Positions 30,109 through 38,782 of a DNA stretch of 64,000 bases are shown here, piece after piece (position 1 is the first letter of the stretch; every line of letters begins with the position of its first letter). The notes under the pieces are model-generated. The model saw nothing but the letters and a program-made list of their open reading frames with translations. It had not been told where the DNA came from and did no database searches. Source of the stretch: Spirochaetia bacterium (GTDB lineage Bacteria; Spirochaetota; Spirochaetia; SZUA-6; Bin103); contig CBDBOV010000003.1 in NCBI GenBank assembly GCA_965208575.1, positions 224,001 through 288,000 of the forward strand. The letters run 5' to 3'. A program made the position numbers and the translations under genes.

Positions 30109-31383
30109 TCATTTTGCCGTGCGACCGCTGCCACCACGCTCCTCGCTCGGTGTTTGCACCGTGCTTGGTGCGGCCTTGGCGGTCTTGCTGACGTTCAGCT
30201 GCAGCAGATCCTCGGTCAACCTGGTCAGCTCGCGCTTGAGGGCGACCGGATTCAACGTCGCGTACTGCTGCTTGAGGCGGTTCTTCACCTTCTCGCTCAC
30301 CGACTCGGAGGCCAGCATGCGGTGATACGGCGTCTGCGGGTCGTCATAGATGCGGCGCACCTTGCTGCCGGTGCGGGTTTTCTTCACCAGCTTCACCGAG
30401 GGATAGAAGAAGTTCACCAGCAGGCACAGCGGGCGGTATATCGCGTTGAGGGCAGCCAGTTCCCGGTCGGTGTCGTAACGCAGGTGGCCGACCGCCCGTC
30501 GCACCACGTGGCCATTCTTCTGCTCGACGTAGCAGGTGTCGTTCTTGCGATGCGGGCGACCCCGAGTGAACGTGATGCCGTGCGCTTCGCAATAGCGCAG
30601 CAAATGATGATTGATGAACTCGCTGCCGTTGTCGGTGTCGATCCCCCGCATCACGATCGGCAGGCTCTGCCGGGCAGCGTCGATCGCCTCGTGGGTCCAG
30701 CGCTGCGCCTTGTTCTGCACGCCGTACAGGTCGACCCAGCCGGTGTCAACGTCGGTGATGGTGAGCGTGTGGCAGAAGTCGCCTGACGCGTTGCCGCCTT
30801 CATGGCCCACCAAGTCGATCTCGAAGAAGCCCGGCTCCTGCTCGTCCCAGTCAGCGAAGGTTCGGATCGCGATCTGATCCTTCAGGAGGGTGCCCGGCTT
30901 GGTGTGCGTGCGACCCTTCAGGCGCAGCCGTGCGCGCTCCTGCTGCAGCAGCCGGTCGATGGTCGCGGCGCTGATGGTCTGCAGCTTGCCGCGCACCGCT
31001 GCGGTCAGCTCGATCTCGCCGAACGACTCCAGCGTCGGCAGCATGGTGCGCAGCACGACCACCAGGCGCTTGCCGCACATGCAGTCGAACACGTACCAGA
31101 TCAGCTTCAGAGCGACCAGCACCTCCTGGTCGTAGCGCCGCGGTCGCACGCGGCGCTGGGCAGGCCGCGGACGCCCGACCACCAGCTTCACCAGTGTGCC
31201 GTCGACTCGCACCATGCGGGTCCGTCCCCACCAGGTCAACAGATGGATCGCGTACTTGCGCTGGTACCCGGTCGACTCGACGAACTCGTCGAGTATGCGC
31301 CCCTTCTCCTTCTTGCCCGCCCGACGATACCGCTGCGCGTGCTGCTCGGTGAGCTCTCGCCTTGAACTCATCTTCAACCCCAT
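30109..31383 (-). CDS. Integrase-core (rve) DDE transposase
   Basis: SAATIDR, GFFEIDLVGH, DTDNGSEF, YVEQKN; GGAGGAG RBS. Confidence 0.9.
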   Translation of the reverse strand: MGLKMSSRRELTEQHAQRYRRAGKKEKGRILDEFVESTGYQRKYAIHLLTWWGRTRMVRVDGTLVKLVVGRPRPAQRRVRPRRYDQEVLVALKLIWYVFDCMCGKRLVVVLRTMLPTLESFGEIELTAAVRGKLQTISAATIDRLLQQERARLRLKGRTHTKPGTLLKDQIAIRTFADWDEQEPGFFEIDLVGHEGGNASGDFCHTLTITDVDTGWVDLYGVQNKAQRWTHEAIDAARQSLPIVMRGIDTDNGSEFINHHLLRYCEAHGITFTRGRPHRKNDTCYVEQKNGHVVRRAVGHLRYDTDRELAALNAIYRPLCLLVNFFYPSVKLVKKTRTGSKVRRIYDDPQTPYHRMLASESVSEKVKNRLKQQYATLNPVALKRELTRLTEDLLQLNVSKTAKAAPSTVQTPSEERGGSGRTAK

Positions 31384-31514
31384 CTCCTCCGGAACCTCCT
31401 CACGTCCCTCGGAGAGGCTCCAACCGGACCCGGAAGGTCCAGCCCGTTCGGTTAGATTTTTAGATGAGGCATGCTTTCGCTACGGTTAGATTTTCGATGA
31501 GTCAATGCGCGCGC

Positions 31515-31544
31515 TTGACACGGATTTGGGCGGCCGCGTACACT
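31515..31544 (+). promoter_or_regulatory. Sigma70-like promoter, module A
   Basis: TTGACA-18nt-TACACT; nearly identical copy at 63636-63665 (-). Confidence 0.7.
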
Positions 31545-31881
31545 CGTCCGCGAATGGGCACTGACAGCGTGCAGCCCAGCCGCCGACTACCGCCAGCCGC
31601 GCAGCAGCCGACCTCGCGGCGCCGGTGCTGACGGCGGCACCATTGATGCGTGTGGCGCACAGCCGCCACCCGTCTGTGTATTCAACGGCCGACCGCGTCG
31701 CCCGCAAACTCCACCGGTCCACACCAGCCGGCCGGTCCACACCGGCCGGTGCCGGCACTTCCATACAGACAACCGACCCATCTGCGCCCGACACAGTTGT
31801 CGACGACAGATGCGCGCTAGCTGCGCCACCGGTTGGTCCGATGGCCGAGCCACCGTCCTGTCAAGCTCCCCAAACAGCTCA

Positions 31882-32075
31882 AGAAAGGGGGTGCAAATGA
31901 TACTCAAAGAGCCGTACGCGCGCGCGGCGTGAGCCCGGGTGAACCCGGTGAGTCACACGCCGCGCGCTTCTGACAACTTGACTCAGGGCAGCCTGCGTTG
32001 CAGGCGTGAGCGTAGCCAGGGAGCGGCAAGTCGCTCCGCAATACGCTCAAAAAACAACGATCTATGGAGAAAACC
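31882..32075 (+). ncRNA. Conserved structured leader motif, copy A (contains uORF 31897-31932 MILKEPYARAA)
   Basis: Alignable with copies B-D; three stems with compensatory changes. Confidence 0.7.
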
Positions 32076-33902
32076 ATGAATGGTATCGTAAGCGTGATGA
32101 GGACCTTCGCGGTTGCGTTGGTCCTCATCCTGACCGCGACCGGCCTGTGGGCCGCTGGCGAAGAAGAGGCACCGGCAGCGGCGGCCGAGAAGGAAATGGT
32201 GCTCGACCCGACCACCGGGGAGATGGTGGAGGCGCCACGATATGGCGGGACGATAACCGTTCTCAGTCATGATTGGGCTCCTGCCACTATGGACCCGTAT
32301 TTTTCGGCCCCTCAGGCCCTTCAGTATCTCACCCAGGTTCTAGAGAAGCTGGCCATTGGCGACTGGGGAATAGACAGGGACGTATATGACTGGTCGGGCC
32401 CCCCGGTCTTTCCTATGAGTGCCATGCGCGGGGCGCTGGCGGAAAGCTGGGAGATTTCCTCGGATAACCTCACTTATACCTTCAAGATCCGCCAGGGCGT
32501 TCAGTTCCACGACAAGGCACCGGTGAACGGCCGGGAGATGACTGCCAAGGACGTAGAATACAGCTTTCAACGCATGTTGGGAAGTAAGCTGACAGGGACC
32601 GAGTTCAGTGAAACCGAACCTTCCCCCCACATTGGTACTTGGAAGGCTAGACAGGTCGAATCGGTGACGGCGACGGACGAATGGACGGTTGTCATGAAGC
32701 TGAAACAGCCAGACCCCATGGCGCTGAGGGATAGCATCGACACGACCGTGTTTTACATGATTCCAAGGGAGGTAATCGATACATACGGTGACATGAAGGA
32801 TTGGCGGAACGCGGTCGGCACCGGACCCTTTGAGATGGCTGAGTATGTCGAGGGCAGCTCTATAACCTATACGAAGCATCCCAACTACTGGAGCTTCGAC
32901 GAAAAATTCCCGGACAACCGCCTGCCCTATGTTGACGAGATGAGGTTCGTGTTCATGACCGAGCCAGCAACGAAAATTGCCGCGCTGCGCACGGCTAAGG
33001 TCGATATCCAGGGCAGTCTCACGTACGCGCTCAAAAACAAGGACGACATGGAGAGGCTGCAACGGACCAACCCTGACATCGTGATAACCGAGCATCCTAA
33101 TCGGTCGGACTACGGTATCGGCATGAACACGCAGAAGGCGCCATTTGATGACATCCAGGTACGCAAGGCAATGCAGATGGCACTGGACCGTGAGACACTT
33201 CACAATACCTACTTCAAGGGGTGGGGAAGCTGGACACCTCACTCATTGCTGGCCAACGATATGCCAGTAGTTGGCACCGCATTCGAAGAGTGGCCCGAAG
33301 AGCTCAAGAAGATCTATGACTACGACCCGACAGAGGCCGAGAGGCTCCTTGATGAGGCGGGGTATCCGCGCGGCGCCGACGGCATCAGGTTCAAGCTCAC
33401 AATGGGACATTGGGAAGGCGGCGATCTGGACTATGCACAATTGGTAGCCGTTACCTACTTTCGTGACATTGGCGTTGAGGTAGAAGTTGAGCCAGTGCCA
33501 GGTGCGGAGTGGGCAAGTTACATTAACGCTGCACAGTGGGACATGTTTGGTGGTATGACAATGGCGGCGAAGTATGGTAATCCCCTGGGTTTTTTGAGTC
33601 AGCTCGGGACGGGTGCTTCTGCGAACCGCTGCAATTGCGCCGATCCGGCTTATGACGCCATTTTGGAAGCCGCCGGAAATGCAACCACGGAAGAGGAGTT
33701 TTTGCTGCAGGTAAGAGAGCTGATTGAGCACATAAAAGAGCAGGTTTGGTTCGTCTCGGGCCCGCAAATCCCATTACTAGGCGTGCACCAACCGTGGGTC
33801 AAAGGTCTCAACAAGGAATTTTGGCTGGGAAGTAACAAGACAAATGCCATCGTCCCCCGCCTCTGGGTCGACCAGGAGTTGAAGGCAGCGATGGGTTTTT
33901 AG
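32076..33902 (+). CDS. Family-5 (DppA/OppA-like) substrate-binding protein A
   Basis: PRYGG, LAESWE, GTGPF, NRLPYVD, PFDDIQVRKA, AGYPRGADG. Confidence 0.92.
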   Translation: MNGIVSVMRTFAVALVLILTATGLWAAGEEEAPAAAAEKEMVLDPTTGEMVEAPRYGGTITVLSHDWAPATMDPYFSAPQALQYLTQVLEKLAIGDWGIDRDVYDWSGPPVFPMSAMRGALAESWEISSDNLTYTFKIRQGVQFHDKAPVNGREMTAKDVEYSFQRMLGSKLTGTEFSETEPSPHIGTWKARQVESVTATDEWTVVMKLKQPDPMALRDSIDTTVFYMIPREVIDTYGDMKDWRNAVGTGPFEMAEYVEGSSITYTKHPNYWSFDEKFPDNRLPYVDEMRFVFMTEPATKIAALRTAKVDIQGSLTYALKNKDDMERLQRTNPDIVITEHPNRSDYGIGMNTQKAPFDDIQVRKAMQMALDRETLHNTYFKGWGSWTPHSLLANDMPVVGTAFEEWPEELKKIYDYDPTEAERLLDEAGYPRGADGIRFKLTMGHWEGGDLDYAQLVAVTYFRDIGVEVEVEPVPGAEWASYINAAQWDMFGGMTMAAKYGNPLGFLSQLGTGASANRCNCADPAYDAILEAAGNATTEEEFLLQVRELIEHIKEQVWFVSGPQIPLLGVHQPWVKGLNKEFWLGSNKTNAIVPRLWVDQELKAAMGF

Positions 33903-33938
33903 GCGTTGCACCCCCGTGCCGCTGACCTTACGGAAAGA

Positions 33939-33976
33939 GGGAGCTGGGAGGCTCAGGATTCCCAGCTCCCCAGCCC
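33939..33976 (+). terminator. Intercistronic stem-loop
   Basis: GGGAGCTGGGA / TCCCAGCTCCC. Confidence 0.6.
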
Positions 33977-34013
33977 ATTGAAATAGCGAACGGACGCGGT
34001 CGGTCATTATCAC

Positions 34014-35024
34014 ATGAGAGCCTATATCATCAGGAGGCTGTTGCTCATGATCCCCACCTTGTGGATATTGAGCATCCTGGTTTTTCTCTCGGTCCGCTTC
34101 ATCCCCGGCGACGCAATAGACGTGTGGGTGGCCAAGATGGCGGTCTATGGCGAGGCCCTCCAGGACTTTGACCGTGAAGATTTCATGCGTTTTCTCGGCT
34201 TGGACGTGCCTGTGTACGTGCAGTATGGACGCTGGATAGGAGTGTTGCCGTCCCCCGACTGGGTCACCGGCGAGCCCTACTTCAGAGGTCTCCTCCAGGG
34301 CACCCTTGGCGAATCAATGGGGGGCAGCGCTGCTTCCATAGAGGAACGCCTGATAGGTAGATTGCCGGTAACCATTCAACTTGGCGTGATGGCAATCGTA
34401 ATCGGGCTGCTGATAGCCCTGCCGGTCGGCATCTACTCGGCGATTCGGCAGGATACGGCCGCCGACTACGCAGGGCGTACCACGGGCATCATCGGCATGT
34501 CAGTGCCTAACTTCTGGCTGGCAATCATGGTCATGATCTACCCGGTAGTCTGGTGGGGCTGGTCGCCACCGCTGGAGTGGGTTCCGTTCACCGAAGACCC
34601 ACTGGGAAGTCTCAAGGGGTTACTCATTCCCAGCGTGATTCTGGGCACGGGCATGTCCGCGGGCACGATGCGGTTGACGCGCACCACGATGCTGGAGGTA
34701 CTCAGGCAAGACTATATCAGAACCGCCTGGTCCAAGGGTCTCAATGAGAGGGTAGTTGTTATGAGACACGCCGTCAAGAATGCCCTCATCCCGGTAGTTA
34801 CTGTGATCGGCATGCAGTTGCCTCTGCTGGTCGGTGGCTCGGTTATCATAGAGAACATATTCAACCTGCCGGGGGTGGGTCGTCTCTTTCTGACCGCACT
34901 CGTTGACCGAGACTACCCGATGGTGTCCGGAGTCAACCTGTTCTTGGCGACCGTGGTGGTAGGGGCCAATCTGATCATCGACCTGATTTATCCGTACTTG
35001 GACCCCAGGGTCCGATACAGCTAA
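34014..35024 (+). CDS. DppB-like permease A
   Basis: YIIRRLL, RFIPGD, QDYIRTAWSKGL, LDPRVRY. Confidence 0.92.
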   Translation: MRAYIIRRLLLMIPTLWILSILVFLSVRFIPGDAIDVWVAKMAVYGEALQDFDREDFMRFLGLDVPVYVQYGRWIGVLPSPDWVTGEPYFRGLLQGTLGESMGGSAASIEERLIGRLPVTIQLGVMAIVIGLLIALPVGIYSAIRQDTAADYAGRTTGIIGMSVPNFWLAIMVMIYPVVWWGWSPPLEWVPFTEDPLGSLKGLLIPSVILGTGMSAGTMRLTRTTMLEVLRQDYIRTAWSKGLNERVVVMRHAVKNALIPVVTVIGMQLPLLVGGSVIIENIFNLPGVGRLFLTALVDRDYPMVSGVNLFLATVVVGANLIIDLIYPYLDPRVRYS

Positions 35025-35042
35025 AAGGGGGAAATCGTGCAT

Positions 35043-35975
35043 ATGAGCGACGCCACAGGGGTACCATCACCAGTAATCGAGGCAAACAGACGGAGCCCGC
35101 TGGCTGATTTCTTTATCAGGCTGGTAACGGAGAAGCCGGTGGGTACTGCCTGCGGGATTATCATATTGATATTGATCCTTGTCGCTATCTTTGGCGGTGT
35201 TCTGACTCCTTATCCATATGATGAAGCAAACATTCATGACATGATGAAGGGCCCATCAGCCCAGTATCTGCTGGGTACCGACCAGTTGGGGCGAGACTTG
35301 TTGAGCCGCATTATCTACGGGGCTCGTATTTCGCTACTTGTCGGTCTGACCGTGACCACTATCAGTGTTGTCGTCAGTACCCTGATAGGCGGCACTTCAG
35401 GATTCATTGGCGGTAAATTGGACCTGGGTGTGCAGCGATTTGTCGATGCTTGGCTGGCTTTCCCGGGACTGCTCCTGCTGCTGACGATGATGTCCATAGT
35501 CGGGCGCGGTCTGCCGCAGATAATACTGGTCCTGGGGATATCAGGAGGTATTGGCGGCAGTTGAGTAATCAGAGGCGCCGTGATCGGCATCAAAGAGAAT
35601 GTGTATTTTCAGGCGGCCGACGCCGTTGGCTCGTCGAGATTGCGAACATTCATGCGCCACGTGGTGCCGAATGTCCTGCCTATCGTAATCATAATGTTCA
35701 GCGTCACCATAGGTGGCGTAATCCTGTCGTTGGCTGCTCTGGGCTTCCTCGGATTTGGTCTGCCTCCCGGCACTCCTGATTGGGGGGGTCTGCTCAGCCG
35801 GGAGGGACGCCAGTACATGGAGGCAGCGCCGCGGCTGGCGTTCTGGCCCGGTCTGTGCCTGACTATCACCGTCTTCAGTCTCAACATGTTCGGCGACGCC
35901 GTGCGAGACCTGCTCGACCCGCGGCTGCGGGGTGGCAGCGGTCGTCTCGCTGGCGGCGGCGCCACGTCGGTTTGA
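35043..35975 (+). pseudogene. DppC-like permease A with internal nonsense codon
   Basis: TGA at 35562-35564 where paralogues have Arg (GSRV); same frame continues to DAVRDLLDPRL. Confidence 0.88.
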
Positions 35976-36114
35976 GAGAGTGCGCGTGCGGGCAGAGGCG
36001 CGCAGGCGCCCACTGCCGGGCACGGGCCGATACCATCGTGACGCGCACGTGACGCTCCGGCCGTGCCTGCGTGTTGCATCGACGACCGGATAGTGTGCTA
36101 CTCTCCCACACTAC

Positions 36115-36351
36115 ATGGGGCTGGTGAACGCCGATCTTGAGCTCTCCAATCCGCGCGACTCCGCCCGCCGTCCGATGCGCGTAAACAGCTTGGTGGATAC
36201 CGGCGCCCTGCATCTCCGTGTTCCAGAGCATGTCGCCCTGCAGCTTGGTCTGGAAGAACTCTACCAGCGCGAAGTAACGACCGCCGACGGCGCCAAGCAC
36301 CTGGCACCGTATGTGTTGCCGCCATGTGTTCCATGTGTTAGGGCTGGTTGA
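36115..36351 (+). pseudogene. Clan AA (retropepsin-like) aspartic protease, C-terminally truncated
   Basis: LVDTGA catalytic motif, TADG; lacks the closing LLG motif. Confidence 0.7.
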
Positions 36352-36377
36352 CCCGCATTGCAGGTCCGTGCTAGGGT
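36348..36377 (+). promoter_or_regulatory. Putative sigma70-like promoter, module B
   Basis: TTGACC-18nt-TAGGGT, resembles module C promoter in position and sequence. Confidence 0.4.
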
Positions 36378-36668
36378 CGCACCGCAAAGTCATGCACGGC
36401 CCCTGTAGGCCCCCACAACAAGTCAAGTTAGCCCCCCCCCAGCTCTTCATATCCCGTAGATCGCTAACTGCTCGGGCTGGTCGCCCCGCGGGCGCCTTCG
36501 GCTTCAGCACTGGGGGTAGCGGCCGGCTCCGTGTACGTCGGCTCAGTCCACGTTCGTTCACTGACCAGCGCAACCGTCCTGGATCCCCGGTCCCCAACTC
36601 ACCGTCGCAAACGCAACGCCGTCAGGTATCTGGCTGGCCACCCTGTGGCCTGTGGCCCCGAAAAAAGC

Positions 36669-36869
36669 AGAAAGGAGGTGCACGCTGGTACTCGAGCAAC
36701 CACGCAACGCGCGCGGCCTGAGCCCATGAGCCCATGAGTGACGTGCCGCGCGCTGGACGATCCGAGATTGCCGTCGCTGCGCAGCCGCCCGCGTTGCGGG
36801 CGCGAAAGTGCGCAGGGAGTGGCGATTCGCTACAAATATACTCTCAAAACCCAACATACGGAGTTACGT
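36669..36869 (+). ncRNA. Conserved structured leader motif, copy B (uORF degenerate)
   Basis: AAAGGAGGTGCA, GCGCGCGGC/GCCGCGCGC stem, GCCCGC-GTT-GCGGGC, TACTCTC. Confidence 0.65.
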
Positions 36870-38690
36870 ATGAACATTGTAATGACTACAAAGACCTTCG
36901 CGGTTGCGTTGGTCCTCGCCCTGGTCGCCACCGGCGTCTCGGCGAGCCCGGCCGGGGAAGAGGAGCCGGCCGCGGCGATGGAGAAGGAGATGGTGATGGA
37001 CCCGTCCACCGGCAAGATGGTGACCGCACCCGAGTACGGCGGCACCCTCACCATCGCATCCAAGAACGAGCTCCTGGACCAGGATCCGTCGATCGGCGGA
37101 CACTGGGCCGGCTTTCAGATCATGGGGGTGAACGAGAAGCTGGCATACGTCAACTGGGCCACGCCGCGGGACGAGTACCCCTTGACCTTTTGGTACACGC
37201 CGCCCCAGCACCTCACCGGGTGGCTGGCAGAGAGCTGGTCGAATCCCGACCTGCAGACGCTCATCGTCAAGGTCCGGCAGGGCGTTCACTGGCACGACAA
37301 GCCGCCGATGAACGGACGCGAGCTGACCGCCGAAGACGTCGCCTGGACCTACCGCCGCATCGGTGGCCTCCTCGACTGGAAGCCGGAGTATACCTACGCC
37401 CTGCGCAACTTTCCGTGGGAATCCATCGAGGCCACCGACCGGTACACGGTCGAGTTCAAGCTGACCGAGCCGCGTCTGGACTTGCAGAACCAGGTGCTCA
37501 CCGAGGTCGGCGTCTGGATCCTGCCACCGGAGGTCATCGAGCAGCACGGCAACTACTCCGATTGGCGGAACGTGGTCGGCACCGGGCCGTTCATGCTGGC
37601 TGACTTCCAACCCGAGGTACGCAAGCAGTGGGTGCGCAATCCCGACTACTGGGGCTTCGACGAGAAGTACCCGGACAACCGGCTGCCCTACGTCGATGAG
37701 CTGGTGGCTCTCCATATGAAGGAAGAGGCGACCTACACTGCCGCGCTGCGCACCGGCCAGGTAGACATGCTTACTGTCGGCGGCGGCATCGCGCTGGCCA
37801 CCGTCGAAGCGGTGGATGCCATCCTGAAGACCAACCCCGACATGCAGGCAGTCCCGTTCTACAGTCGCGCACTGCAGGTGTCCGGCCTGAACATCCGCCG
37901 GCCGCCGTTCGACGACATCCGCGTGCGCAAGGCGATGAACATGGCGATCGACCGCGATGCCATCAACGAGAGCTACTACGGCGGGTATGCCTACCCGACG
38001 GTGCAGGGCTGGGTCGGCGCCGCGCTCGGCGAGATGCACACTCCGTTCGCGGAGCGGTCCGCGGATCTGCAGGCTGAGTACTCCTACCATCCGCAGGAGG
38101 CCGAGCGCTTGCTTGACGAGGCCGGCTACCCGCGCGGCGCGGACGGGGTGCGGTTCAAGGTCACCTACGACCACCGCGACGTGATCGACCTCGGATGGGT
38201 CGAGATCGTGGCCGGCTACTGGAAGGCGATCGGCGTAGAGGTGGAGATCACGGTGATGGACACCGGCGCCTGGGTCGATCGCCGCGCCCGCGGGCTCTAC
38301 GAGATGACGACCGGCGACTCCGGCTGGGATCTGAGTCCCGCGCACATCATGAGCTACTACGGCTACGTCCACAACTACCAGGGCGAAGGGCAGGCGAACC
38401 AGGCGGGCGAATACACCGGCGGGCTCAAGGACGCGACCATGAGTCGGCTCTACGAGGCGTTCCAGGCTGCGACCAGCCAAGAAGCGCGGATCCCGATCAT
38501 GCGAGAGTTCGACGATTACATCATGCGCCAGCACTTCCAGGTCTACGGCCACAAGGCGCCGGCGTTCCAGCTGGCCAACCCCTGGGTCAAGGGCTGGAAC
38601 GGCGAGACGTTCCTCACGGATATGAGCAACAACGAGATTCTGGTGCGGGTCTGGATCGACCAGGACCTGAAGGCGAAAATGGGCTTCTGA
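36870..38690 (+). CDS. Family-5 substrate-binding protein B
   Basis: PEYGG, LAESW, GTGPF, NRLPYVD, AGYPRGADG. Confidence 0.92.
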   Translation: MNIVMTTKTFAVALVLALVATGVSASPAGEEEPAAAMEKEMVMDPSTGKMVTAPEYGGTLTIASKNELLDQDPSIGGHWAGFQIMGVNEKLAYVNWATPRDEYPLTFWYTPPQHLTGWLAESWSNPDLQTLIVKVRQGVHWHDKPPMNGRELTAEDVAWTYRRIGGLLDWKPEYTYALRNFPWESIEATDRYTVEFKLTEPRLDLQNQVLTEVGVWILPPEVIEQHGNYSDWRNVVGTGPFMLADFQPEVRKQWVRNPDYWGFDEKYPDNRLPYVDELVALHMKEEATYTAALRTGQVDMLTVGGGIALATVEAVDAILKTNPDMQAVPFYSRALQVSGLNIRRPPFDDIRVRKAMNMAIDRDAINESYYGGYAYPTVQGWVGAALGEMHTPFAERSADLQAEYSYHPQEAERLLDEAGYPRGADGVRFKVTYDHRDVIDLGWVEIVAGYWKAIGVEVEITVMDTGAWVDRRARGLYEMTTGDSGWDLSPAHIMSYYGYVHNYQGEGQANQAGEYTGGLKDATMSRLYEAFQAATSQEARIPIMREFDDYIMRQHFQVYGHKAPAFQLANPWVKGWNGETFLTDMSNNEILVRVWIDQDLKAKMGF

Positions 38691-38719
38691 CCCCGGCCGG
38701 CAGAGGGTCGAACCAACGC

Positions 38720-38751
38720 GGGGTGGCGGGGACGACCTGCCACCCCGTTTT
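38720..38751 (+). terminator. Intrinsic-terminator-like hairpin between SBP and permease
   Basis: GGGGTGGCGG / CTGCCACCCC followed by GTTTT. Confidence 0.6.
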
Positions 38752-38782
38752 CTTGCGCAACGGAGTGTGGAGGTGAGCTGAC

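Larger units (their letters stand above)
27719..31505 (-). mobile_element. rve-type (ISNCY-like) transposon with long bipartite inverted ends, carrying cargo
   Basis: Left end TGCCTCACGTAAAAATCTAACC twice (27720-27778); right end GGTTAGATTTT...TGAGGCA/TGAGTCA twice (31450-31504); no clear TSD. Confidence 0.75.

Noticed and set aside
31890-31970. tmRNA (GCAAATGAT start and YARAA-stop resemble an ssrA tag)
   Set aside because: A-N-D and YARAA are in different frames, no tRNA-like ends or T-arm are seen, and the motif is multicopy and SD-led
35562-35564. Selenocysteine or programmed readthrough TGA
   Set aside because: Paralogues have Arg here; a CGA-to-TGA transition is simpler
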